A stretch of DNA of 24,000 nt from an uncultured archaeon (GTDB lineage Archaea > Nanobdellota > Nanobdellia > Woesearchaeales > CAIVOO01): the NCBI GenBank assembly GCA_903907555.1, contig CAIVOO010000090.1:1-24000 (forward strand). Reading direction: 5' to 3'. Made by a program: the position numbers and the translations under genes. This document shows, one piece after another, positions 14,983 through 23,770 of the stretch (position 1 is its first letter; the number at the start of each line of letters is the position of its first letter). The notes beneath the pieces are model-generated. The model did no database searches. It saw nothing but the letters and a program-made list of their open reading frames with translations, and was not told where the DNA came from.

Positions 14983-15106
14983 ATGGCTAATTATTGCTTA
15001 TTTATATATAAATATTAGCTTCTGTTGATGTAAAGCAATTAAACATCACTTAACAGTAACGAAAATACCGAAAGATTTATATATAAGTTACTACTACTAC
15101 ATAGTA

Positions 15107-15198
15107 AAACAGAGAGTGAGAATAACAATCATTCTCAGCTCATCTAAACACCTCTTTACCCGGCAAACGCCTGAATAAGGCGTTTGTAGGGTTTTATT
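15107..15198 (+). ncRNA. Candidate small RNA (about 90 nt)
   Basis: TATA tttatatata 15076-15085. Hairpin tgagaat/attctca (15117-15137). Single-stranded CACCUCU (15149-15155). Terminal hairpin caaacgcc-tgaataa-ggcgtttg (15164-15186) followed by gggTTTTatt. No ORF. Confidence 0.25.
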
Positions 15199-15210
15199 CT
15201 CATACACCCC

Positions 15211-15233
15211 CAAAAAAGAGGCAAAAATTGCCT
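15211..15233 (-). terminator. Hairpin plus T-run downstream of the 15262-16458 gene
   Basis: Minus strand reads AGGCAA-TTT-TTGCCT followed by CTTTTTTG. Confidence 0.45.
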
Positions 15234-15261
15234 GAAAAAGGCAATTTAGCCTTCTTTATTC

Positions 15262-16458
15262 TCACATCAAATATGTCGGTGTTAAAGCACTTTTAAAAAA
15301 TAATGCAATAAAAACAACTATCAAAAAAAGCCATCCGATAGTTAATGCGAAGTTCACTATCCCTGCCAAAGCTCCATGCCTCTTCCAGACATAGACTGTT
15401 GGCCCGACAAGGATTGTTATCAGCACCATCGCAGCAACTAACACATACATCAATGCCACAATTTCCTGCATCTGATAGCCAATACCTCTAATCAACGGCT
15501 CGAACAACTTAAACAATCCTGCAAACACCAATGAAAAAGCAAAGCTTGCCCCTAAGCTTATCGGAACAACGGATAGCTTTTTGCAGCTGAAACTGAATCT
15601 GCCCCAGAAAAAGTACAGTCCATAAATTATTGCTGCCAATATTCCTAATCCAATCAATACATAAGTTTTGTACAAGCTGAACCACCCCTTGGCGTATTTT
15701 CCGTTTACATGGAAGCTTTCCCATGGATCAAGCCCATAAGCCTGCTTCACATATCCTGATTGGTATGTTATCTCATTCGAGAACTGCTGCATAGCATCGC
15801 TCTGCACCATTTTTGATGCTGTTGCTTCCATAACCCCAAAATTTGGCTGGTAAGAAATGCTTGATTCTCCTCCTTTCAGGTAAAGATTCTCTTGCACATT
15901 CACAGCAACTCTTATAGTCTGTGTGTCGGCATTCCATTTTATTGTCTCGAAATTAAAATTGAAAACGCCCCAATCCTGTTTGACATATCCGTCTGCCTTG
16001 TAATAAAGTATTATCGCAGTGCTTCCCTGCGATGAAACCTCATTTTCAAGAACAAAAGTGTATTTCACAGAGTTTGATAGAACTTCGCCGTTTCTGTCGA
16101 GAGAAGAGTAGCTGTAAGGATATCCTTCGTATTCGCGCCAGCTTATGCATTTGCTGTTTTGATAATTGTTGCTTTCGTATTCAACACAGCTCTTCTGCTT
16201 TGATTGAATCTCCTGGACTGCGTTAATAAGCCTGACATTGTTTCCAGGAATTTCTATAGTGACTGCCCTGATTGGCTCCTTGCCTGTATTCTGTATGATG
16301 AGCTTAGCAGCCACAGCAGCCTGCCCTTCCTCGTCGAAAAAGACAGAATAGTACTGCGAAGTCTGCTGCGAATTTCCATAAAAAGTTGGCGCTGTTGCAA
16401 AAACTACAGAGAAAAGCAAAATAAACACTACAAATGTTGAAATTATTGTTTTGTTCAT
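15262..16458 (-). CDS. Secreted/polytopic membrane protein of unknown function
   Basis: Start taken at ATG 16458 (MNKTIISTFVVFILLFSVVFATAP signal), which has a TATA about 25 nt upstream. The track's TTG at 16494 lies beyond that TATA. About 270-aa ectodomain, then 4-5 C-terminal TM segments. Confidence 0.6.
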   Translation of the reverse strand: MNKTIISTFVVFILLFSVVFATAPTFYGNSQQTSQYYSVFFDEEGQAAVAAKLIIQNTGKEPIRAVTIEIPGNNVRLINAVQEIQSKQKSCVEYESNNYQNSKCISWREYEGYPYSYSSLDRNGEVLSNSVKYTFVLENEVSSQGSTAIILYYKADGYVKQDWGVFNFNFETIKWNADTQTIRVAVNVQENLYLKGGESSISYQPNFGVMEATASKMVQSDAMQQFSNEITYQSGYVKQAYGLDPWESFHVNGKYAKGWFSLYKTYVLIGLGILAAIIYGLYFFWGRFSFSCKKLSVVPISLGASFAFSLVFAGLFKLFEPLIRGIGYQMQEIVALMYVLVAAMVLITILVGPTVYVWKRHGALAGIVNFALTIGWLFLIVVFIALFFKSALTPTYLM

Positions 16459-16514
16459 AAAACATAGAAGTTCAAAGAAATATAAATAACACAAGAAATA
16501 CTAAGGTGAAAGGC

Positions 16515-16877
16515 TTAAAATAAGGATTTAAGCCAATCCGATATTTTCTGGACAAAACCTTTAGTTTCCCTGACATCCTTTCCTATAATAACAGCAGGTG
16601 TTGAATCAGATGCATTTTCTTGTTCATTTGGTCCAGTTGCTATTCCAGTCCCGGAATTATTAAACACTGAAACATTAGTATCTGTTGAAGATTTCATGCA
16701 CTGGTATCCGCCATTTGCAGGATTAGCGCCCTCTATATATCCTATTGGAAGACATTTGTATCCATCTGCACATTTACCGCAAGGACTATCTCGTTCAATT
16801 GGTCCAACTGCATTAACTAATGTGCTTACCAGTACAACAAATGCCAAAAACATAATCATTTTTTTCATATTTATCAC
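16515..16877 (-). CDS. Small secreted Cys-containing protein
   Basis: Signal peptide (KKMIMFLAFVVLVSTLVNA), then CGKCADGYKC...YQC and a G/N/T/S-rich linker. GTG 16877 sits about 26 nt from a TATA (tataaata 16901-16908). ATG 16868 is an alternative start. Confidence 0.55.
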   Translation of the reverse strand: MINMKKMIMFLAFVVLVSTLVNAVGPIERDSPCGKCADGYKCLPIGYIEGANPANGGYQCMKSSTDTNVSVFNNSGTGIATGPNEQENASDSTPAVIIGKDVRETKGFVQKISDWLKSLF

Positions 16878-16934
16878 AAATTAGTGAGAATAGACGCAGA
16901 TATAAATAGTGTGAGAAATGCTAAGGTTAACACC

Positions 16935-17483
16935 TCAGTGTTTTTTCCTGAACATCCTGCTTCTTTTCATGTAATAGCTCAATATTACTATCAAAATCAA
17001 AGAAATAAGTGCGAATGTCACAGTAAATACTGGAAAATTTGAAGTGACTTGTGAAGCTGGAGCAGCTGCAGCAAGTGCAGTATCTTCCAATTTAGCTGCC
17101 ATCTTCGGAGCCGCTTCTGTTGCAAAAGAGGCAGTCATCTGCCTTGTGAATTCGAACATGAAGCTGAGCAGTCCTGCTCCAACACTTACTCCAAGCGAGG
17201 CAAGCACAATCCATATCTTCTTCCTTTCAGGATCCAGCACGCATTTTCCTTTCTCTGTAATCTCGTAATACTTCCATTTGTAGCCCTCGTCAGCCATCTT
17301 AACCAATGAAGCTTTCTCCAATGCAACCAAATGCTCCTTGATAGTTGGTATGGCAAGCTCCAAATCGAAAGAAAGCTCTGACTGCGTGTGCCTTCTCTTC
17401 TCGAGAAGCTTCAATATCTTTATCCTGCTGTCTGCTGCCAAAGCCTTGAATGTTTCCCTATCCAGGACTATCTTGTCTTCCAT
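16935..17483 (-). CDS. Membrane-anchored ArsR-family wHTH regulator
   Basis: FKALAADSRIKILKLLEKRRHTQSELSFDLELAIPTIKEHLVALEKASLV is an ArsR-type HTH. It is followed by two TM segments (IWIVLASLGVSVGAGLLSF; FPVFTVTFALISLILIVILSYY). Confidence 0.7.
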   Translation of the reverse strand: MEDKIVLDRETFKALAADSRIKILKLLEKRRHTQSELSFDLELAIPTIKEHLVALEKASLVKMADEGYKWKYYEITEKGKCVLDPERKKIWIVLASLGVSVGAGLLSFMFEFTRQMTASFATEAAPKMAAKLEDTALAAAAPASQVTSNFPVFTVTFALISLILIVILSYYMKRSRMFRKKH

Positions 17484-17535
17484 TACTTGAAAGAAGCTGA
17501 TAAAATTTATATACCTAACTAAATTTTAAGGTATT

Positions 17536-17889
17536 ATGAGCAGAGATGAAGTATTATTCATAACATTGGTTGTTTCAGGTGTTCTGGTGCTGTTCTTGGG
17601 AGATCCGGTCATAACAGGGATGCCTGTGTTCGCAGTGGATGTTCAGCCTGCAACTGCAGTTCCATTGCTTGTCTTGACAATAATCCTGCTATTGCTATTC
17701 ATAATTATACTGCTTGTTGTAAAGAGAAATAAGCAGGCAGATTTGCAGCTTAAAAGCCTCGAAGCTTACATAATGGATAATTATGGAAAATATCCTGAAG
17801 AGGCGTTAAAGTTCAAAATCATGGAGCAGGGATGGTCTTCCAAGGTTGTTGACAAGCTGTTTGATAGGGTGAAGTCTTATAAAAAATAA
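17536..17889 (+). CDS. Hypothetical two-TM membrane protein
   Basis: Two hydrophobic segments and a soluble C-terminal ~50 aa. No recognisable family. Confidence 0.5.
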   Translation: MSRDEVLFITLVVSGVLVLFLGDPVITGMPVFAVDVQPATAVPLLVLTIILLLLFIIILLVVKRNKQADLQLKSLEAYIMDNYGKYPEEALKFKIMEQGWSSKVVDKLFDRVKSYKK

Positions 17890-17890
17890 A

Positions 17891-18655
17891 TTGCTGATAA
17901 AGAGAGACAAGACCTTCTTTGTTGAAGAACTTAACAGGAAATTCACAAAGGAGGGGGGAGAATATTTTGTTAGAGATGCTTCTAAAGATTATTCTACGCA
18001 GTTCGGGACAGTCAAATCGAAGGATTTGGCAAAAAAAGATGGCTCTGTAGTGAAAGCTACAACAGGAGATGAGTTTATAATTCTCAGTCCTGGATTTATC
18101 GACAAGTATAGGAGGATAAAGAGGACTGCGCAGATAATTCCGATGAAAGATATAGGCTCAATCATCACATTAACAGGCATTGACAAGAATTCTTTGGTTG
18201 TTGATTCTGGCTCAGGCTCTGGCGGATTATGCTGCTTCCTTGCTCACATAGCAAAAAAGGTTGTAACTTATGAAATCAAGGACGAGAATGTGGAATTAGT
18301 CAGGGAGAATGCGAAATTTTTGGAATTGGACAATATAACTGTAAAGAAAAAGAGTTTCTATGATGGAATTGACGAAAAAAATGTTGATTTAATCACTTTG
18401 GATTTGCCAGAGCCATGGGAAGCATTGAAAGTTGCTGAAAAAGCGTTAAAGATTGGCGGATTTTTAGTATCATATTCGCCAACCATACCTCAAGTTCAGG
18501 ATTTTGTGAATGCGATGAAGAAATTTGACAGCTTGATTCTTATGAAAACCATCGAAATCCTTGAGAGAGAATGGGAAATTGATGGAAGAAAGGTAAGGCC
18601 CAGGACTCAAGGAATAGGGCATTCTGGATTCCTGACGTTTGCAAGAAAAATATAA
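17891..18655 (+). CDS. trmI: tRNA (adenine-N1)-methyltransferase, TrmI/Gcd14 family
   Basis: SAM motif VVDSGSGSGGL plus DLITLDLPEPWEAL and GGFLVSYSPTIPQV, typical of GCD14/TrmI. TTG start directly after the previous stop. Confidence 0.8.
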   Translation: MLIKRDKTFFVEELNRKFTKEGGEYFVRDASKDYSTQFGTVKSKDLAKKDGSVVKATTGDEFIILSPGFIDKYRRIKRTAQIIPMKDIGSIITLTGIDKNSLVVDSGSGSGGLCCFLAHIAKKVVTYEIKDENVELVRENAKFLELDNITVKKKSFYDGIDEKNVDLITLDLPEPWEALKVAEKALKIGGFLVSYSPTIPQVQDFVNAMKKFDSLILMKTIEILEREWEIDGRKVRPRTQGIGHSGFLTFARKI

Positions 18656-18659
18656 AAAA

Positions 18660-20162
18660 TTACTTCAAAGCAACTTCTCTAGCGTATTTAATATTAATAT
18701 CTGCCCTTTCCAAAGCGCTTCCAATATACAATTCCAGCTGTCCATGCAGTATTTTCTGCTTGTTTTCTGAAAGTCTCTCGTAGACCGCCCTGAATTCTTC
18801 GTCTTCCATGGCAAAGTCAATAAGTTTTCCTCCATCTTTCTGGACCTTCTGCCCCATTTTCTTGACGAAATCGTGGCCGCCGCCATATTTTGAGTGAACC
18901 CAGCCCTTGCCTCTCAATATTGCAACCATAGCTTCACTTGGATTGTCCCTGATTTTTTGCAGATTAGCAGACATCTTGTCCTCATTTACTGAAAGGTTAA
19001 CAAGCGCTTTGTTTAACCTGTCAAATGACTCATAACAGCCAACCATCATCATTTGCGGCTGGTATCTTAACATTACAGAATTGCGCAGGTCTCTCTGGAA
19101 ATCAGATGCCACAGCACTGTAAAGTACCATCATTCCAGAAAGCACCACACTAACATTTCCTCCGATATTTTCGTACTGGATTGGATTATTTTTCATAGCA
19201 TCTGCGCTTGAGCCGCCAAGTCTCTCTTTGTTGTCTCTAGAAGTGACTTCACCAATTGCAGAGGAATATAGCATTCTAATATCATTAGAAAAGTCTCCCA
19301 ACACAAGCATCATGGTAATCAAGCTGTCTCCAAGATGCACAAGCTGCTCTTTCTGGACTATCTGCGTTGCTGTGTAGTCAGGCTCAAGCCCTAGTTTTGC
19401 AAGCACTGCCTTCTCAAATTCGAGCGATTTACCCTCGCCCACAACCATATCTATGCTTGCTCCTGTTCCATTTATGCCAGAAACTTTTCCTCTCAATGCT
19501 TCGAATGCTTTGTCGCAGTAATTAACTTCTTTAGCTAACCTTGCTGCGTAGCCAGCGAGTGTTGTTGTCAATGGCACAGGAGATGTGTTCTGCAAATGCG
19601 TCCTGCCTACCTGCAAGAATCCTGAAGAATTTTCAGCAAGCGAACAAAGTTTTTCTATCGAATTTACCACTGCGGGCCTGATTATCTCTTTCCATGCTTT
19701 CTTGAAAAGATAAGCTCTTGCTGTATCTACAACATCATATGAAGTAGTTCCAGGGTGAAGCAAAGCTTTTGTTTCTGCAGACATGTGCCTGCCAAGCTCT
19801 TCAAGAACTGCAAGCTGGTCGTGCATTAATCGCTTGTCATCTTCTAAAAGAGCTGCGTTTAGCGGATCAAATTTTTCTATTGCGACATCCAATTCGTCAA
19901 GATGCCTTTTCTCTGCCTTGCCAAAGTCGACTCTTGTCTCAAGAAGGATTCTTTGAACATAAGCAAATGCGCGCCATTCTGCCTCAGCACTTAGATAAGG
20001 AGATAATACTTTTGTTTTTTTCCAGTATTTCCCGTCTAGAGGGCAGAATGTTTTGAGGGAGAACCTCAATTCAGCCTCAGTTACTTCAGGCTTTTTTTCT
20101 GCATTTAATTCTTCTGCCCTTAATTTAGAAACCAAATCCCAATCATCGCCCATAAGTATCAC
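18660..20162 (-). CDS. purB: Adenylosuccinate lyase (E. coli-type PurB, fumarate-lyase superfamily)
   Basis: CPLDGKYWKKTKVLSPYLSAEAEW resembles the SPVDGRY N-terminus. Also TSYDVVDTA and the GSSADAMKNNP signature (GSxxMxxKxN). GTG 20162 or ATG 20153 as start. Confidence 0.85.
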   Translation of the reverse strand: MILMGDDWDLVSKLRAEELNAEKKPEVTEAELRFSLKTFCPLDGKYWKKTKVLSPYLSAEAEWRAFAYVQRILLETRVDFGKAEKRHLDELDVAIEKFDPLNAALLEDDKRLMHDQLAVLEELGRHMSAETKALLHPGTTSYDVVDTARAYLFKKAWKEIIRPAVVNSIEKLCSLAENSSGFLQVGRTHLQNTSPVPLTTTLAGYAARLAKEVNYCDKAFEALRGKVSGINGTGASIDMVVGEGKSLEFEKAVLAKLGLEPDYTATQIVQKEQLVHLGDSLITMMLVLGDFSNDIRMLYSSAIGEVTSRDNKERLGGSSADAMKNNPIQYENIGGNVSVVLSGMMVLYSAVASDFQRDLRNSVMLRYQPQMMMVGCYESFDRLNKALVNLSVNEDKMSANLQKIRDNPSEAMVAILRGKGWVHSKYGGGHDFVKKMGQKVQKDGGKLIDFAMEDEEFRAVYERLSENKQKILHGQLELYIGSALERADINIKYAREVALK

Positions 20163-20366
20163 CCGAAAAACTGCTGTTTTAGCTTATTTATATTATTTTT
20201 CTTGACACCAGACGATGACATATAATAGCGCACATAATTTCTGATGTAGTATTTAATGCGCTATCATATTCAGAACATCAAAAACTTTTTATCACTCACT
20301 TTGGTGTTCTGTCACAATAAGATTTATAAACCGCAGATTCATATCATATCTCGTGGGGTGATTTAA

Positions 20367-20594
20367 GTGGAAGCGTATATTTTGATATCTTTGAAAACAT
20401 CTGATGAAGAGGAAGTTCTCGACAGGCTTAAGGAAAACCCTAAAGTCAAGGAGGCTCACATCCTTTTCGGCGAGTGGGACATCATTGCAAAGCTTCATGT
20501 GCAGAACGAGCAGGAGCTCGGGACTTTTGTGATGGAGCACATCAGGTCTCTCGAATCAATAGACTTGACAAGCACACTGATTGTAGCAAAGTAA
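20367..20594 (+). CDS. Stand-alone Lrp/AsnC ligand-binding (RAM) domain protein
   Basis: 75 aa. AYILISLKTSDEEEVLDRLKENPKVKEAHILFGEWDIIAKLHV...LTSTLIV follows the beta-alpha-beta-beta-alpha-beta AsnC_trans_reg pattern. GTG start. Confidence 0.65.
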   Translation: MEAYILISLKTSDEEEVLDRLKENPKVKEAHILFGEWDIIAKLHVQNEQELGTFVMEHIRSLESIDLTSTLIVAK

Positions 20595-20607
20595 TTTTTT
20601 ATTAAAA

Positions 20608-21174
20608 ATGATAAAAAGAGAGATACGCGTTCTCGGAATAGATGACGCACCTTTCAAAAAAGAAGTAGATAAAAAAGTTCTTGTTGTCGGGATTGTTTAC
20701 AGGGGCGGAAATTATCTTGATGGGGTTATTTCTGATTATGTTACTGTTGACGGCGATGACGCAACTGACAAGCTGATTGCGTTGATAAAAAGGACAAAGC
20801 ACCGCGGGCAGCTGCAGATGATAATGCTTAAGGGACTGGCTGTTGGCGGATTCAATGTCATAGACATTCACAAATTGTGGCACAAGACTAAGCTTCCTGT
20901 GCTTGTAGTGATGAAAAGGCTTCCGAGATGGGGAGAATTTTTCAGCGCAATGATAAACGCGCCCAACTGCAGGGAGAAGGCAATTCTTGTCGAGAAAGCA
21001 GGCGATATCACAAGAGCAAATCATTTATATATCCAATCGGCGGGATTGACAAAAAAGCAGGCATTTGAAGTGCTTAAGATATGCTGCACTCATGGCAAAA
21101 TTCCAGAGCCGCTGAGAGTTGCGCATATAATTGCTTCAGGAATCGTTGAAGGAGAAAGCAGGGGCAGAGCATAA
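20608..21174 (+). CDS. DUF99/UPF0215 family protein (archaeal endonuclease-V-fold-like)
   Basis: IRVLGIDDAPF....VLVVGIVYRGGNYLDGV...VTVDGDDATDKL...LKGLAVGGFNVID is the characteristic DUF99 N-terminal pattern. Confidence 0.7.
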   Translation: MIKREIRVLGIDDAPFKKEVDKKVLVVGIVYRGGNYLDGVISDYVTVDGDDATDKLIALIKRTKHRGQLQMIMLKGLAVGGFNVIDIHKLWHKTKLPVLVVMKRLPRWGEFFSAMINAPNCREKAILVEKAGDITRANHLYIQSAGLTKKQAFEVLKICCTHGKIPEPLRVAHIIASGIVEGESRGRA

Positions 21175-22259
21175 TGTACGACAAATTCGGACCAGAAAAG
21201 ATAATTCAGGTTTATGACCCAAATACAGGTATAAGAGGATTCGCAGTTATAGATAATACTGCGTTAGGGCCTGGGAAGGGCGGGATGAGATTAGTCCCTG
21301 ATGTCACGATTGAAGAAGTTTTCAGATTAGCAAGGGCAATGACATGGAAGAATGCACTTGCAGAACTGCCATTCGGCGGAGCAAAGTCAGGAATTGCTGC
21401 AGATCCTAAGAAAGTTAACAAGCAGGAAGTCCTCAAATGGTTTGGCAAGGCATTGAAGAATGTCCTAATCAAGGAATACATAGCAGGTCCTGACATGAAC
21501 ACAACAGAAGCTGAGATGGCTGCATTCTGCGAGGGAGCAGGAGACTTGAAAGCTGCCACGGGAAAGCCAACAGCGCTGGGAGGGCTGCCTCACGAATTAG
21601 GCTCAACAGGATTCGGGGTTGCTGAAGCCACGGATGTTGCAGTAATTTTTGCAAGAAAGAATATGAAAGACATGAAAGTTGCTATCGAGGGTTTTGGAAA
21701 TGTCGGGACATTCACAGCAAGATTCTTGTCGCAGAAAGGCGCGAAAATTGTTGCAGTATCAGACTCGAAAGGAACAATTTACAACGAAAAAGGGCTTGAT
21801 GCAGAGGAGTTAATAACAGTAAAGTCAGAGAAAGGAACTGTGATAGAATATCCTGACGGAAAAAAGCTTTCTGCAGCTGAATTATTTTCATTGCCTGTCG
21901 ATATATTGATACCTGGAGCAAGGCCTGACGTGATAAATGACTCCAATAAAGATTCAATTAAAGCTAAGATAATAGTTGAAGCTGCAAACATCCCAATGAA
22001 AGAGGATGTTGAGGAAGAATTATACAAGAAAGGAATTCTTGTAATACCAGATTTTGTTGCAAACGCAGGTGGGGTAATATCTTCATATGTCGAGCATATA
22101 GGCGGAACACAGGAGAAAATGTTTGATGAAGTAAGGACTAGAATACTCAAGAACACAAGAGCAGTCCTTGAGTTATCTAAGAAAGAAAAGATAAGCCCGC
22201 GAAAGGCAGCGATGAAGATAGCGCAAGAACGCGTTAAGAAGGCAATGGAGAATAGATGA
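21174..22259 (+). CDS. Glu/Leu/Phe/Val dehydrogenase family protein
   Basis: GPGKGGMRL catalytic Lys box, PFGGAKSGI, GFGNVG Rossmann motif, ANAGGV. 1-nt overlap (TAATG) with the DUF99 gene. Confidence 0.85.
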   Translation: MYDKFGPEKIIQVYDPNTGIRGFAVIDNTALGPGKGGMRLVPDVTIEEVFRLARAMTWKNALAELPFGGAKSGIAADPKKVNKQEVLKWFGKALKNVLIKEYIAGPDMNTTEAEMAAFCEGAGDLKAATGKPTALGGLPHELGSTGFGVAEATDVAVIFARKNMKDMKVAIEGFGNVGTFTARFLSQKGAKIVAVSDSKGTIYNEKGLDAEELITVKSEKGTVIEYPDGKKLSAAELFSLPVDILIPGARPDVINDSNKDSIKAKIIVEAANIPMKEDVEEELYKKGILVIPDFVANAGGVISSYVEHIGGTQEKMFDEVRTRILKNTRAVLELSKKEKISPRKAAMKIAQERVKKAMENR

Positions 22260-22810
22260 AGACAGAGGTAACTCCTGAAAGGCTGAAAGAATTCGTTGAT
22301 GAGCTTGAGCACAAAAAAATAAAATATTTCATTATAGCAGGTTGGGGCCTTGACGGAAAAAGGGGCTACCAGACAAGGCCGCATCAGGATGCAGACATTC
22401 TAGTTTTGGAAAAAGACAAGTCTGAAGTTGAAAAAGTAATAGAAAAGCTGAATTATTCCAGAAAACAATTTGGAAATGTAAATAAATTGAAGAGGGAAGA
22501 CGGCAGCAAGATAGATTTGACATTCATGACAATTGAGGGGGATGAAGCTGTGACTTATGGAGGGATAGCTGAGACAAGATTCCCGAAGAAATTGATAGAT
22601 AAAACCCAGAAAGGCCATCTGCAAGGCATAGAATTTAATGTCGGGGCAAACGAGCTGCTAAAAACATGGGGACAGCATGCAGGCAATGAAGAAGACAGGA
22701 AATATGCGGCAACGCTTCCTGCAGATGAAGGATTAATGAAAAGGATTAAGAGAATCTTAAAGAGTCCAGAAGATATGCAGAAACACTTCCAGCAGACAAA
22801 GAATTTATGA
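22256..22810 (+). CDS. Nucleotidyltransferase, aminoglycoside-2''/lincosamide NTase-like fold
   Basis: KYFIIAGWGLDGKRGYQTRPHQDADILV resembles the GGW..D...G...R.H.D.D signature. ATGA overlap with the dehydrogenase gene. Confidence 0.6.
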   Translation: MKTEVTPERLKEFVDELEHKKIKYFIIAGWGLDGKRGYQTRPHQDADILVLEKDKSEVEKVIEKLNYSRKQFGNVNKLKREDGSKIDLTFMTIEGDEAVTYGGIAETRFPKKLIDKTQKGHLQGIEFNVGANELLKTWGQHAGNEEDRKYAATLPADEGLMKRIKRILKSPEDMQKHFQQTKNL

Positions 22811-22839
22811 AGAATATTGAGAGAATCCTTGATAATTTT

Positions 22840-23241
22840 TTACTCTCTTCTCCTCACAAAGTGTGTTGAGTGGCGGTATTTTTTTGCGTTTGCCCATACT
22901 ATTTCTGCCAAAGGATTTAAGGTTTCGACAACATCAGTCCCGTATCTCTTAAGCTGCTTGTCAATTTGGAACTTGCCGTATTCTGTAATGAAATAGGAAT
23001 CTGTTCTATGCGACCAGTCCTGAAGAAATTTTTCATTCTGCATATCAGCAATTATTCCTGCAAGACCATCCTGTGCAAATGTTTTCTTAAAATGAGGATA
23101 TACATCTGCAGCTTTCTGCAGTCCATAAGCTAATGCATTCCTGTCAAAGAAATACAGCTCTTTCTTTATCAGAATCAAAGCATAAACTATGTGCTTATAT
23201 TCCATGCGACTTAGCAATTCTGTTTCATTTGTCATGAGCAA
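22840..23241 (-). CDS. Hypothetical cytosolic protein (133 aa)
   Basis: ORF only. No recognisable motif. Confidence 0.45.
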   Translation of the reverse strand: MLMTNETELLSRMEYKHIVYALILIKKELYFFDRNALAYGLQKAADVYPHFKKTFAQDGLAGIIADMQNEKFLQDWSHRTDSYFITEYGKFQIDKQLKRYGTDVVETLNPLAEIVWANAKKYRHSTHFVRRRE

Positions 23242-23281
23242 CCAGATTCAATATGAGCAGTTTATATAGATTTCGGATTCC

Positions 23282-23770
23282 TCATCTTTGTGATACGTAA
23301 GATTTTCGATTTCTTATGATAATCATTGCAAGGATAAGTGATAATGCCATGATTATTACATACTGAAGATAATCTGTTTCTGTACTTTTATTCATTTGTT
23401 CACCATCAACTTCAGAAATATTTTCTTTATCTGCTCCTATAATCTTCAATCCTACAGCAGGAAATACCCCGAATCCATTATTTTCATAAGTCGCTTTTAC
23501 GACTAGAATTTCATCATCTACCCGGTCAGTAAGCCTTGCAGTTATCTTCTCTGAGTTTTTCGGCAAGATGCTTCCCTTGTTTTTTGATAATGTAATTCCG
23601 TCTGGCGCCAGAAGCTCATAATCTATTTCAAAATCATTCGGATTCATAATTATGAATTCCTGTACATTGCTGGCTGTGAAATCCAGCTTGTCAGGAGAGA
23701 CTGCAATGCCTGCAGCCGACACAGTTTTTAGCATAAATAAAAAAAATAAAAAACAATATAAAAATTTCAT
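23282..23770 (-). CDS. Secreted beta-rich protein with a C-terminal TM anchor
   Basis: Signal peptide MKFLYCFLFFLFMLKTVSAAG. About 110 aa Ig/PapD-like-looking beta region (ISPDKLDF...EFIIMNPNDFEIDYEL). C-terminal TM plus basic tail. 1-nt overlap with the upstream gene. Confidence 0.55.
   Translation of the reverse strand: MKFLYCFLFFLFMLKTVSAAGIAVSPDKLDFTASNVQEFIIMNPNDFEIDYELLAPDGITLSKNKGSILPKNSEKITARLTDRVDDEILVVKATYENNGFGVFPAVGLKIIGADKENISEVDGEQMNKSTETDYLQYVIIMALSLILAMIIIRNRKSYVSQR

Noticed and set aside
15091-15100. (tac)n microsatellite ctactactac
   Set aside because: Only about four units in an intergenic spacer, with no evidence of function.
20205-20275. Possible C/D-box sRNA (cgatgac ... 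ctga tg ...) and 8-bp inverted repeat atagcgca/tgcgctat in the purB/AsnC intergenic region
   Set aside because: The C box is imperfect and the C-to-D' spacing is about 21 nt instead of about 12. No terminal CUGA D box is present. I kept it only as an unexplained hairpin in a divergent promoter region.
21779-22384. 201-aa minus-strand ORF
   Set aside because: It is entirely antisense to the dehydrogenase and NTase genes, which have clear family motifs. No motif or promoter of its own.
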